Shown here: positions 12,579 to 22,989 of the stretch, in pieces
Numbering within the stretch: the stretch's first letter is position 1
Layout: every line of letters begins with the position of its first letter
Assembly: GCF_020745735.1 (NCBI RefSeq)
Contig: NC_083402.1
Coordinates: 7,874,001-7,938,000 of the forward strand
Direction: 5' to 3'
DNA length: 64,000 nt
DNA from: Hemiscyllium ocellatum
Taxonomy: Eukaryota
Translations under genes and position numbers: made by a program
Notes under the pieces: generated by a model
Databases searched by the model: none
The model's input: the letters and a program-made list of their open reading frames with translations, nothing else
What the model was told of the DNA's origin: nothing

Positions 12579-12763
12579 CTGAGGAAAGGACAAACATCAG
12601 AATGGATGAGGTCAGTGTGCAGAAGTTCTTATTTCAATATGTTACATTCCTTTCAACTTCACAATAAAATGAACAATTAAAGACTCCACTTATATCTCCA
12701 AGAAGAGTCACCCTGATCAAAATGTCTCCTCGTCACTCAATTTGAAAACCTTGATTACAAGAT

Positions 12764-13229
12764 TAAAAATCAGACATCACCAGGTTATAGTCCAACAGGT
12801 TTAATTTGAAGCACTAGCTTTCGGAGCGCTGCTCCTTCATCAGGTGAGAGTGGAGTATAAGATTGTAAGTCACAGAATTTATAGCAAATGTTTATAGTGT
12901 GATGTCACTGAAATTATATGTTGAAAAAGACCAGGATAGTTTGTTAAGTCTCTCGTCCGTTGGAATGACCATGTTGGTTTCAGTTCTTTTATATGTAAAT
13001 CACAATTTTCTTTTAAAAGTTACATTCTCAAGTGAACTTTAACAATTGGTGTCTGTCAGCCCAGATAATGTATTGAAGGTGTGAGCTCCCCTGGGTGATC
13101 CTGTCTGTGCCACAATGTTTAGACTGATTCTCATCTAAAAAATGAATTTGTAGAAACTTACATGGATTCATGCAGTTTTTTGAGCAAAGTATGATGAAAC
13201 TCTGAAAGTACAAATTCACCCCACAAACT

Positions 13230-13286
<57 letters not shown>

Positions 13287-14162
13287 GACTGCTGAACTGT
13301 TCTCTGACTTGGGGGGAGCACTCCTGTCTGTTGATTGCTGTACGATGCTCATCCATCCATTGCCGTAGCCCCTGCTTGGTCTCACCAATGTAGCATGCCT
13401 CAGGGCATCCTTGCCTGCAGCGAATGGGATAGACAAAGTTGGCTGAGTTGCATGAGTACCTGCCACATACAGCAGTCTGGGACATTCAACCTTGGACTTT
13501 CAGGTGACCATCCTCCAAGGTGACCTTCGGGTCAGGCAGCAACAAAAAGTGGTCAAGCAGAGGCTCTTGGCCAAGTTCGGTCCCCATGGGGATGGCCTCA
13601 ACCGGGATCTTGGGTTCATGTCACACTACAGATGACCCCAACACACTATACACACACACACACACACACATGCAGACCCTCTCTCATACGCTCACACATA
13701 CACTGCCACACTCACATATGCACCTTCTCACAGACTTTATACTTACACTCACACACAGGCACACACTCCGCACAGACACTCACAACCACCCCCTCCCCCC
13801 TTCCCCAACCCCGCCCAACACACGCACATGCACACATGCACATATAAGTTTGTGGGGGTGAGTTTGTACTTGCAGAGTTACATTTTACTTTGCTCAAAAA
13901 TCCACGTAAGATTCTACAAATTCTTTTTTTTAGATTAGGATCAGTCTAAACATTGTGGCACAGACAGTATCACCCAGGGGAGCTCACACCTTCAATACAT
14001 TATCTGGGCTGACAGACATTATCTGGGCTGACAGACACCAATTGTTAAAGTTCGCTTGAGAATGGAGCTTTGAAAAAAAAGTTTTTTTTAAGCCTGTTGG
14101 ACTATAACCTGGTATAGTGTGATTTTTAACTTTGTACGTCCCAGTCCAACACCAGCATCTCC
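12764..14162. mobile_element. Palindromic (tail-outward, inverted) Penelope-like element with a GIY-YIG remnant and an 18-bp TSD
   Basis: Left arm (-) encodes RYSCNSANFVYPIRCRQGCPEACYIGETKQ; right arm (+) repeats the same 3' region inverted; AAACCTTGATTACAAGAT at 12746-12763 and 14163-14180. Confidence 0.9.
12812..12846 (-). ncRNA. Minimal type I hammerhead-ribozyme motif in a Penelope terminal repeat
   Basis: CAC-CTGATGA-A-GGAGC-AGC-GCTCC-GAAA-G-CTA-GTG: intact core, 5-bp stem II, palindromic AGCT stem III, CAC/GTG stem I. Confidence 0.7.
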
Positions 14163-15071
14163 AAACCTTGATTACAAGATACTTCCATGATGTGGAGGTG
14201 TCAGTGTTGCACTGAGGTGGCCAAAGTCAGAAGTCACACTGCACCAGACTTCACCTGATTCAGGAGCAGTGCTCTGAACCTTGTTATTTCAAATAAACCT
14301 GTTGGACTATAACCTGGTGCCGTGTGACCGCTGAAGGTACTTACAGATCGGATCCATTGAACCCTCCTGAATTCATTCATGCAGAACCCTCCGCCCGGTG
14401 CTCAATACTAATATTCTTTAAACAAGGTCAAGGATTTTACAGCCTCCCCCCTCACTCTGTTGCTCAAACACATTCAAAGTATTGACCACACTCTGTGTGA
14501 AGGAGAACCCCCGGTGTCATTCCTAATGTAACCATTCACCAGCTCCAACCTGTGACCTTTGAAATGAGCACAGGTTAATTTAAACTCAGAGTCCAGATTA
14601 TACTTTTCTACATTAAGTAAAATATTTGGGTGCAGGAGGAGGGGGATAACCAGCCATGTGGCTCTTTGCTGCATGAACTTAAAAGAGGAGCTGAGAGATT
14701 AAATGTTTCCTTATCTCAATTTACATAGAAAATCCGTTATTTTGCAATTGTTCCCCTGTTTGACTTCTGTTCACAAGAACAAATATCCTCTCAGAATCTG
14801 TCTTGTCAAACTCCTCAGCATCTTGAGGAGGGGTCACTCTGCCTGAAATGTTAACTCTGGTTTCTCTCCACAGGTGCTGCCAGACCTGCTGAGCGTTTCC
14901 AACAGTTTCCATTTTTGTTTCTGATTTGCAGCACCTGCAGCTTTGTTTTTGGTTTTTCCTCAGGATGTTCGCTATTTCATTTATTCCTACTTTTGTTTTA
15001 TTCCATCATGGGTGTCGCTGGCCCGGATTATGTGCATGTATTGTCCATCCTGACTGCCCAGGAGAAGCTGC

Positions 15072-16745
15072 TGTTACGAGACGGCGGTGAAGCTTTCTGC
15101 TAATTAAACCAAACACCCAGAAAAGCTCACCTCACATCGCCATCTGTTAAAGTATGAGGAACAGAGAACTCCCAAAATTCACTCCATCCTGTTAACTTGG
15201 CTTTCCTGACTCATTCACAACTTCTGAAGTTCAAATTCTCTCTCCCTTTCTCTTTCTCTTTCTTCGCGCTCTCTTTGCTCTGCTAACAACATTCTCTCTC
15301 TTTTTTATTCGCTCTGTCTCTTTCTTTTTCCTTTCTCTTTCATCTCTTTCTCTGTCCCTTTCTTCTCTTTTTCTCTCTCTGTCTCTTTCCTTCCATTTAT
15401 TCTATCTCTCTTTGTCTCTCTCTCTCTCTTCTTTTCTTCTTTCATGGCTCTTCTTTCCTTTTCTTTACCTTGTAACTCCATTTTCCTCAATTGTAAACTA
15501 AATGTTTCTAACTCTCCTGCACTTCTCTGTTTCTCTGACAGACCAAAGTGCTTGACTAACTCCCTTACAATTTCAGCTTCCCCATGTCCCTGGTTGGATC
15601 CAATTCTAAAGGAGATTTAAACAATCCTTTGATAAGCACATGGATGATGATGGGATAGTGTAGGGGGATGAACTGAGAATAGTTCACAGTTCGGCACAAT
15701 ATCGAGGGCCGAAGGGCCTGTTCTGTGTTGTATTGTTCTATGTTTTATTTTCTATGTTCTAACCTCAATGCTAATTCTAAACGTATGGTCTTCTGCTGTC
15801 TTTCTAAACTTTCTTGGCAAATTTGGAACCATTTTCAAACCGCAGAATGTCTTCAGCAATTTTAAGAGCCATTTCTCTCACTTTTAATTTAACCAACCAC
15901 AAATAACTGAAATTAAACCAATTCTCTCACCTACATTTTCTTTAAAGATCTCGGACACTAATCAGCAAGTGTTTAAATCTGCTGGGATCTTTTGCACCCA
16001 AATCTATCCAAATCTCAGACTGGATCTGTCTAAACCCGTCCAAATCGCAGATGAGCCCCCAAACTGTAACGACATGGTGGTGAACCCCTCTGCTAATTAA
16101 ACCAAACACCCAGAAAAGCTCACCTCACATCGTAATCTGTTAAAGTCTAAGTGATAGAGAACTCCCAAATTCCACTACTTAAACAAAAAAAATCAATTTA
16201 TTCTTTAACTCTCAAAGTGAACATTAAACAACAACTATTTCCAACTCTAAGCCTCCTTTCCCTTAACTGCTTGCTATCTGCCTCCAACTCTATAACAATA
16301 CACTGTTCCAATAACCACCTGTATTAAAATTACATCAGCTTCATTACAAAACCACACAATGGCTGTCATTGTCAGTGTGTTTCTTCTTTCGGTTAAAGAT
16401 CTCCTTGGGTCGACTTCTGTCTTTCACTGCAAAGATGTTTCATATGAAGAAGGTCCCTTTGATTGAGAGTGTTTTGTATGGCAGTCTCTCAATGGCAGTT
16501 ACTCTCTGTCTAACTTTCAAAATATCTGCTTTTTATTTTATACCCCAAACATCAGATTGTCTCATTAGTTTGAGGATGGCAAAAACAATAAATTCAAACT
16601 CGATTGGGTTTTAGTATTCGGGGGGATAATTTAATCTGACTGTTTAGATTCAAATCATGCTCAAAACAACTGAGGTATCTCGTTTGCAGTGAAATGTTAC
16701 ATATTTTCAATTTGGCCAATTAAACTGTTGGAAGCTGTCAGTGAC
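15072..16745 (-). mobile_element. Internally deleted Gypsy-type LTR retrotransposon: 5' LTR (16065-~16745), PBS, gag N-terminal coiled coil, ~110-bp 3' LTR remnant (15072-15180)
   Basis: Both LTR ends begin TGT(A/T)ACGA and share ctgctaattaaaccaaacacccagaaaagctcacctcacatcg; E/K/R-rich gag-like frame LRKMELQGKEKERR; a CR1 tail is inserted at ~15620-15760. Confidence 0.8.
16044..16061 (-). other. Primer-binding site complementary to the tRNA-Pro 3' end
   Basis: Minus strand TGGGGGCTCATCTGCGAT lies 3 nt after the LTR end; the canonical Pro PBS is TGGGGGCTCGTCCGGGAT (3 mismatches). Confidence 0.7.
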
Positions 16746-18368
16746 TGAATTGAATTGAATTGAATTGAATTTATTGTCACATGTACCGAGGCACGGCGAA
16801 AAGCTTTGTCTTGTGAGCAGTACAGGCAGATCACAGAGTTAAGTTGCATAGATAGTAAATAATAGGTAAACAACAGAAAAAACAAAAAGACAGGTACAGG
16901 CGAATGTGCCTGTTGTTAACATCAAGGCTGTATTTGAGCGAGTGCAGCATCAAGGAACCTGAGCAAAAGTGAATCCAGTGGGAAGCTGAGGGGGGAACCT
17001 CCATGGGTTTCTGTCAGACCTAGCACAGAGGAAGCTGGTTGTTGTTCTTAGCGATCAGTCATCTCAGCTCCAGAACATCTCTACAGGAGTTCCTCAGGTT
17101 AGTGTGTCCTTGGTCTAACCATCTTTAGCTGCATCATCAATCACCCTCCCTCCACCATAAGGTCAGCAGTGGGGATGGTTGTTCACTGATGAACATGGGA
17201 TACAGGAGAACATCTCCACCTACAAGCTTCCCTCCAAGACACTCACCATCCTGATTGGGGAATATTTCATCATTCCTTCAGTGTCACTGGGACAAAGCCT
17301 TGGAAATCCTTTACCAACCGTATCGTGAATGTCTCTGCAGCTGAGTGAATACAGCAGTTCAAAAAGGCAGCTCACCATTCCCTTCTCCAGGGCTGGCCAA
17401 TAAAGGCTGACTGTGCATGGGACACCCACATCCTCTTGGACAATGAAAAGATAGTTCCATGTCAGGCTGGCTGTATCTGATGTCATTTTTCACTGAGGTC
17501 TTTAAGGTCCCTACTTTGGAAGGTGCTGGTGGAGGAAATGTTGCTGTCTTGCTGCAGTGCATTTTATAGTTATTTTTATTCCCACAATGATGTTAGGATG
17601 GGATTTCCAGGATTTTGATCCAGTAATAATGACAGAGCAGTGATATATTTTCCTGCACTGTTCCAGGCAAGTGGAAGGTATTTCATCACACTCCTGACTG
17701 GCCAATAGGCTTTGGAGTCAGGAGGTATGTTAATTCATAGGATTCTGAGCCTGTGACCTGCTCTTGCAGCCACAGTTTCATTTGCACTCCTGGGTTCACT
17801 CCTTATCCACAACTGAGGGGCAGTTAAGAGTCAAATACATAACTGTGGGTATGGAGTTACATGTAGGTCAGATCGGGTAAGGATAGCAGATTTCCCTCCC
17901 AAAAGGACATGATTAACCCAGATTCTTTTTTAATGGTGATGGTTACACAGTCATTATTAGACTAGTTTTCAGTTCTAGATATTTTCAAATTCAAATTTCA
18001 CAATCTGCCACAATCCCCAGGACATTAGCCTCTGGCGAGGACAGCTCCCCCCATTTTCTCCTCAGCCAATAGAGGTGGAGGACAGCAACAGTGAGGTTCT
18101 CGGCCAATGTGAGCTGAGGGTTCCTTCACCCTGAGATGAGCTCATCCAGTGAGGGCTCAGGGGGTGCCAGGTCTCTCTTGTCCTCACCCAAATGCCGATA
18201 AAGCTGGACCCTCATTGATGGGGATCTTGGAGCTTGGATTGTCAGTGATGTTTTCTCTGTTCCCCATCCCAGAGCAATGAAGCCAGTTTGAACGTGATAA
18301 TGAATGAGTGTGACTGTGGGAGGTTTCAAAGATGGTGATGGAATGGTCTCTAAATCCCAGTCATGTCA

Positions 18369-18402
<34 letters not shown>

Positions 18403-18606
18403 CCCTCTACCTCTTTCTCACTCTTTCTGTCTCTCTCTCTCTCTCTCTCTTTGTGCCCCTCTGTCTCTGTCCTTCTCACTGCCTCCTGCCTGAGACCAAC
18501 TGGAAGAGCCCAGGAGAAGGAAAGAATCCAAGAGCTCCCGGACCTGGTGGAGCCTGTCCCCATTGAGCTGTCAGGGCAGTGACACCATCAGAACATTGTT
18601 CCTCAC

Positions 18607-18993
18607 CTTTCACTTCCAGGCGTGTTCCTTTTCTAGATCCAAACTTTTCAATATTGAGCTCCACACGACACCGATAGGAACCATCATCCTCCCGGCTCAG
18701 TCCCTCCATCATTATTGAGGCATCTTTGTTGGTGAGGTTCCCCACGAATCTGAATCGATTCCCACCGTCCCGCTGTATCACATTCTCACACAGCTCACCC
18801 TGGGAATGGTCTGGACCAGGATCTGTACAGTTAAAGATAAAAGCCCGTGTTTCCTCCTTGTACCATAAGATGGAGCCGGTGAGTGTGAGGTTGGTGTCAG
18901 GGTGGGTGAAGCTGCAGGGTAAGACAGCGGAGCCTCCTTCCTCAGCCCACACTCCATCCACGATTGTTATTGACCAACCATAAGCAGACAAAG
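18607..18993 (-). CDS. Siglec-15-like Ig V-set domain exon (V-A), intact
   Basis: Acceptor ctctcccctcacag|CT at 18993 and donor G|GTGAGG at 18606; 387 nt, phase 1-1. WS....V.AE.G..AVLPCSFTHP, FNC...ELC, RFRFVGN, DDGSYRCRVE and GTRLEV parallel the vertebrate Siglec-15 V domain as I recall it (four Cys, CRVE Arg). Confidence 0.92.
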
Positions 18994-19269
18994 CTGTGAG
19001 GGGAGAGAGAGAGAGAGAGAGGATATGAACACAGCACAGACACCAAACAGTGAGGTAAAATATTGAATCTGTTATTTAGTGAGAAAAGATATAATATGAT
19101 ACAATTGTGATTTCTGAACAGACTAGTGACAGAGTGGAATGAACTCCGGGCTGGATACAAGACAGGTCTTCAGGTGGTTTGTAAACATCCTGAGGTTAGA
19201 CTTGGTGGTGTGGGGGCGGGGGGGGGGGGGTGGCGGGTGCGGGGAGGACCCACGGTGATGTGAACAGCA

Positions 19270-19400
19270 GGACTCAGGGCCCTCCCTGCAGAACCTTTTC
19301 TATTTCCTATCACCTTCTATTCTATTACCGAGCCAGCCTTCAGTAACCTGGCTCATTCATCAGGCGTAGCAGAGGGATGGGGGATGCAGTGGAAGTATTG
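19270..19400 (-). promoter_or_regulatory. Conserved non-coding island in intron 1 with Ets (GGAAGT) and IRF/Ets-IRF-like (GGAAATAGAAA) motifs
   Basis: About 7 mismatches in ~140 nt versus 47821-47960 while flanks are much more diverged; both motifs are kept in both copies (19296-19307/47910-47920 and 19391-19396/47821-47826). Confidence 0.3.
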
Positions 19401-19699
19401 TTGGGGTGTGGTGGGGGTGGGGGGGTGGGGAGCGGGGGTTGGATACAGAGAGACATGAAGATGGAAAAAAGTAAACTGAAGTAAAAAAGTAAACTCACCA
19501 TTGTGCAAGAGAACTCCTGTCTCATTAAAGGAAGTTATGACTGGTAATGATTTAACCTAAGGGTCACTCTGCCTCAGACAAGGGGCAAGGTTGAGAAGAT
19601 TGGATCTTCATGGTCACCTCAGACAATATGAGAATTAAACATCCCTTGCTGGCATCACTCCACATCACAGACCAACTGAGCTAACTGACAGTGACATGG

Positions 19700-21065
19700 C
19701 AATCCAAGTCAATCCAGAAGGCAGTGTGAATATCATCAAGGGAGGGCATAAGGGAGTGTGGCATTTACTTGTGAGTAAGGCAGACGAGCTGAGGGTGCAG
19801 GTTAATGAGTGGGGATGAGATATTGTTGTTATCACAGAGACATGGTTGAGAGTGTGACAGGATTGACAGCACAATGTTCCGGGCTATCGAACTGTGAGAT
19901 GAGGCATGTAGGGGGAGGGGGAATGTCAAAGAGGAGGGGGTGTTGCAATATTGATGAAGGAGTTAATCACTGACATAAGATGGATGATATCTTAGAATGT
20001 TCCTGAAATGAGGTCACATGGTCCAATGTAAAAACAAACCCCCATCACAACACTCTGTCTCTTACCATCAAGCAAATTTTGTATCCAACTGGCATTCTCT
20101 CCCTGAATCCCATGCCACCTAACTTCACTAATTAGTCCACCATGTGGATCTTTGACAACAGCTTTACACAAGTTCATGTAAACAATATCTCCCCCTCTGC
20201 CCTCACTGGTCTTTTGGTTACATTTTCAAAATCTCAGTCAAGTTTGTGACACATGATTTCCCCTGCACAAAGCCACTTTTATGTTTTTCAAGACCTCCAA
20301 CACTTCCTCTTCAGTAAAGTGAATTGCTTTCAAGACATTAATATTTATTTGCCCGAGTTCCCTTGCGTCAATTTCTTTCTCCACAGTAAAAACTGATGCA
20401 AAATATTTGTTTAGGATATCTCCCCCCTCTCCTCTGGTTCTACACATAGATGACCTCATTGATCTTGAAGAGGCCCTATTCCCTCCCTGGATGCTCTCTG
20501 GTTTCTAATGACTTCGTAGAATACCTTTGGCATATCCTCAGCCTTATCTACTGAGGTTATCTGATGTCGACTTTTTGCCCTCCTGATATCCCTCATAAGA
20601 ATGCCCTGATCACCCTTATATTCTTCAAGTTGTCTATACCTAATACATGACTCTTTCATATTCTTAACCAGAGCCTCAATATATTTATTCATCCATTGTT
20701 CCCTCATCTTACTGGCCTTACCCTTCACTCTAACAGGAGCACAGTGTCTCTGAACCCTTGTTATTTCACTTGCCAATCATCCCTTTACCTGTTACCCTAT
20801 TGTTCAAGGGTGGTAGTGATAAACCAGGAGAGTACAAGCCAGTGAGGCCAACATCAATGGTGGGGAAAATATCGGAAACAATTCTGAGGGACAGAATGAA
20901 TCATTACTTGGAGAGACAAAGGTTAATCCAGGATATTTAGCATGAGTTTGTAAAGGAATTTGATTGAATTGGATTTGATGGAATTTTAGAGGAGGTGACT
21001 AGGTCTGAAAATGAGAATAATATAGTTGATGTTGTGTACATTGACTTCAGTAAGCTTCACTTAAG
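19700..21065. mobile_element. Patchwork of CR1 fragments (+ 19700-20020, - 20020-20770, + 20780-21065)
   Basis: Endonuclease (VITETWL-like), LNKYFASVFT and YKPVRPTSMVGKISETIL motifs. Confidence 0.8.
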
Positions 21066-21583
21066 GATGTTTCACTCAACTGAATCTCAGCATTTTCACC
21101 AGATAGGATTCTCTCTGTCTCTCTATGAAATGCATTAACATAAACTAACTCATTGACTTTTTCTCTCCCTCCTCCTTTGAGTACTGAAACAGCTTCAGAC
21201 TTATTTTCAACGCTGAAGTTCTGGAGATTTTATTACAACTCTCAACCTGGAGACATTCGGAATTTTTTCAAACAACTATTCTTCCAACTTCTCTTCTTCT
21301 GAACTCAGCTGACTGGTGGTACTCAAGGATCTGTTTGTATCGACTGTAAACCTCACCTTGGTAAATATTCAGCAATGAACTCTCCAGGTCACTTATCTCC
21401 AGGACACTTTCTCAGTGTCTTTACTTCACTGTTCCAGATCACATTCTGACCCTTTGTTTCAAATGAATAAGTCACTTTCACAGAACTGAAACCTAAAATC
21501 TCTTTTCACTCCACTTTTGATTCCACATTCTGAATGAACAATAATATTTTTGTTCATCCCACTGTGCCCTCTAGTTCTTGATC

Positions 21584-21718
21584 CCTTCATGAGTGGGTAC
21601 GGTCTCTATCTACCTACACTATCCTGAGCCTTTATGAGTGGGTACGGTACCTCTCTATCTACACTATCCTGAGCCTTCATGAGTGGGTATGGTGTCTCTC
21701 TATTGACACCATCCTGTT
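21584..21718 (+). repeat. 45-bp tandem repeat, three copies
   Basis: cctt(c/t)atgagtgggta units start at 21584, 21629 and 21674. Confidence 0.9.
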
Positions 21719-22989
21719 CTTTCATGATTTGGAACATCTCAATCAAACCTTCCCTCAGCCTTCCCTTTGGCCCAAATCCATTCTGACCTCAGTTATTCTG
21801 ATGTCTCCAATTGTGAAATTCAAGGGGAAATATTCTATCCACTCTATCTAACGATTGCATGATTTGGAATATCTCTTTTCAATTATCCCTTTGTTATGTT
21901 CTTCTCTTCGATGCAAAAATAACAGGCACACACAGGATCAGTGTGTATGTGACACAATAATGTGTGTTTGTATATGAAGGGAATATTTTGATTGACTGGG
22001 ATGTGATCTTTATTGTCAATCGGACTTTGATTTTGCTGCTTCAGACTGTCTAACAAGTCATGGGGCTGACCCATCATATGCTGATGAAGGATGTAATGAT
22101 TGGCAGCAGTTTAAGGTGTATGTTGTCACAACATCTCCTATGTAATAAAGTGTTAGAATTGACTCTCAAACTTCTCTTAAAGGGCCATCCAGTGAATTAG
22201 GATCCATTAATGATGACAACCTCTCGTAGAGTCCTGTGTAGGCTGAAGGCGAAACCTAATGTGACTTGAACCCAGAGCTTCTTGAAGCAGGGACATTCCC
22301 CACTGCACCACAACAATGTCCTACATATTGAACAGGACATAAGCTCAATGTCAAGATCACTTAGCTCACCAAGACCATAATACTGACTCCCCGTGACAAC
22401 CCAGCAATCCTCCCTCCCTTACGGCCCGATAGGTAACAGTGCTGAAGCCAGAGGCAGCTAAACCCAACGACATTGGAAAAGCTTCAAAAAAAGATTGACA
22501 TGAATTGTACGAGATTGGAGTGGTTTACTAGGAGATTCCATGAGGGAAGATTATTGCTACAAAACCACATATTGAAGCTGTGAAGAAAGCCAGGAACAAG
22601 GTCATTGCTCAGTATTGTACTGAAAAGTGAAGATTCTGTGTGATTCACTCAAAACAAGTGACTGCCAATACTGGGGGTGCAATGGCAGAGTTGTCTTGTC
22701 AGGAGGCTATAAATCTAGAGATCCAGGTCATTTTCTGGGGGAATGGAGTTCAAAGCCCTCCATAGTAGAGTTTCATTTTTTTTTTAAATCTGGAATTAAG
22801 AGTCTCATGATGACCATAAACTCTTGGGAAGGAAATTTGTTCTTCTTATCTGGTTGGTTCACATTGCTTAATGATGGAAAAGGAAACATTGCTATCAGCT
22901 CTTCAAAACTTTGAAATTTATGTCTGATATGGAATTAATGAGACAATAGTTTTTGCTAATTATAATCCGCTTATCTTTGTAGAAAAGCT

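Noticed and set aside
13158-13897. His/Thr-rich ORFs (THTHTH)
   Set aside because: Translations of (CA)n/(TG)n tracts inside the Penelope element; the same applies at 32.9-33.2 kb and 61.1 kb.
18050-18314. Frame after a possible acceptor, ending in TM-like LTLAENLTVAVLHLYWLRRK
   Set aside because: In-frame TGA just before it, E/N/H inside the hydrophobic stretch, no donor found, and the paralogous region at 4.7-4.85 kb does not keep the frame. Cannot be called a TM exon.
18607-18642. J-segment-like FGSRKGTRLEV at the end of V-A
   Set aside because: Not FGxG-spaced, germline-joined, and aligns with the ordinary Siglec-15 G strand.
19495-19525. ATG...ATG|GTGAGT, apparent leader exon
   Set aside because: Phase 0, not hydrophobic, lies in the tail of a SINE, and the donor is absent from the paralog.
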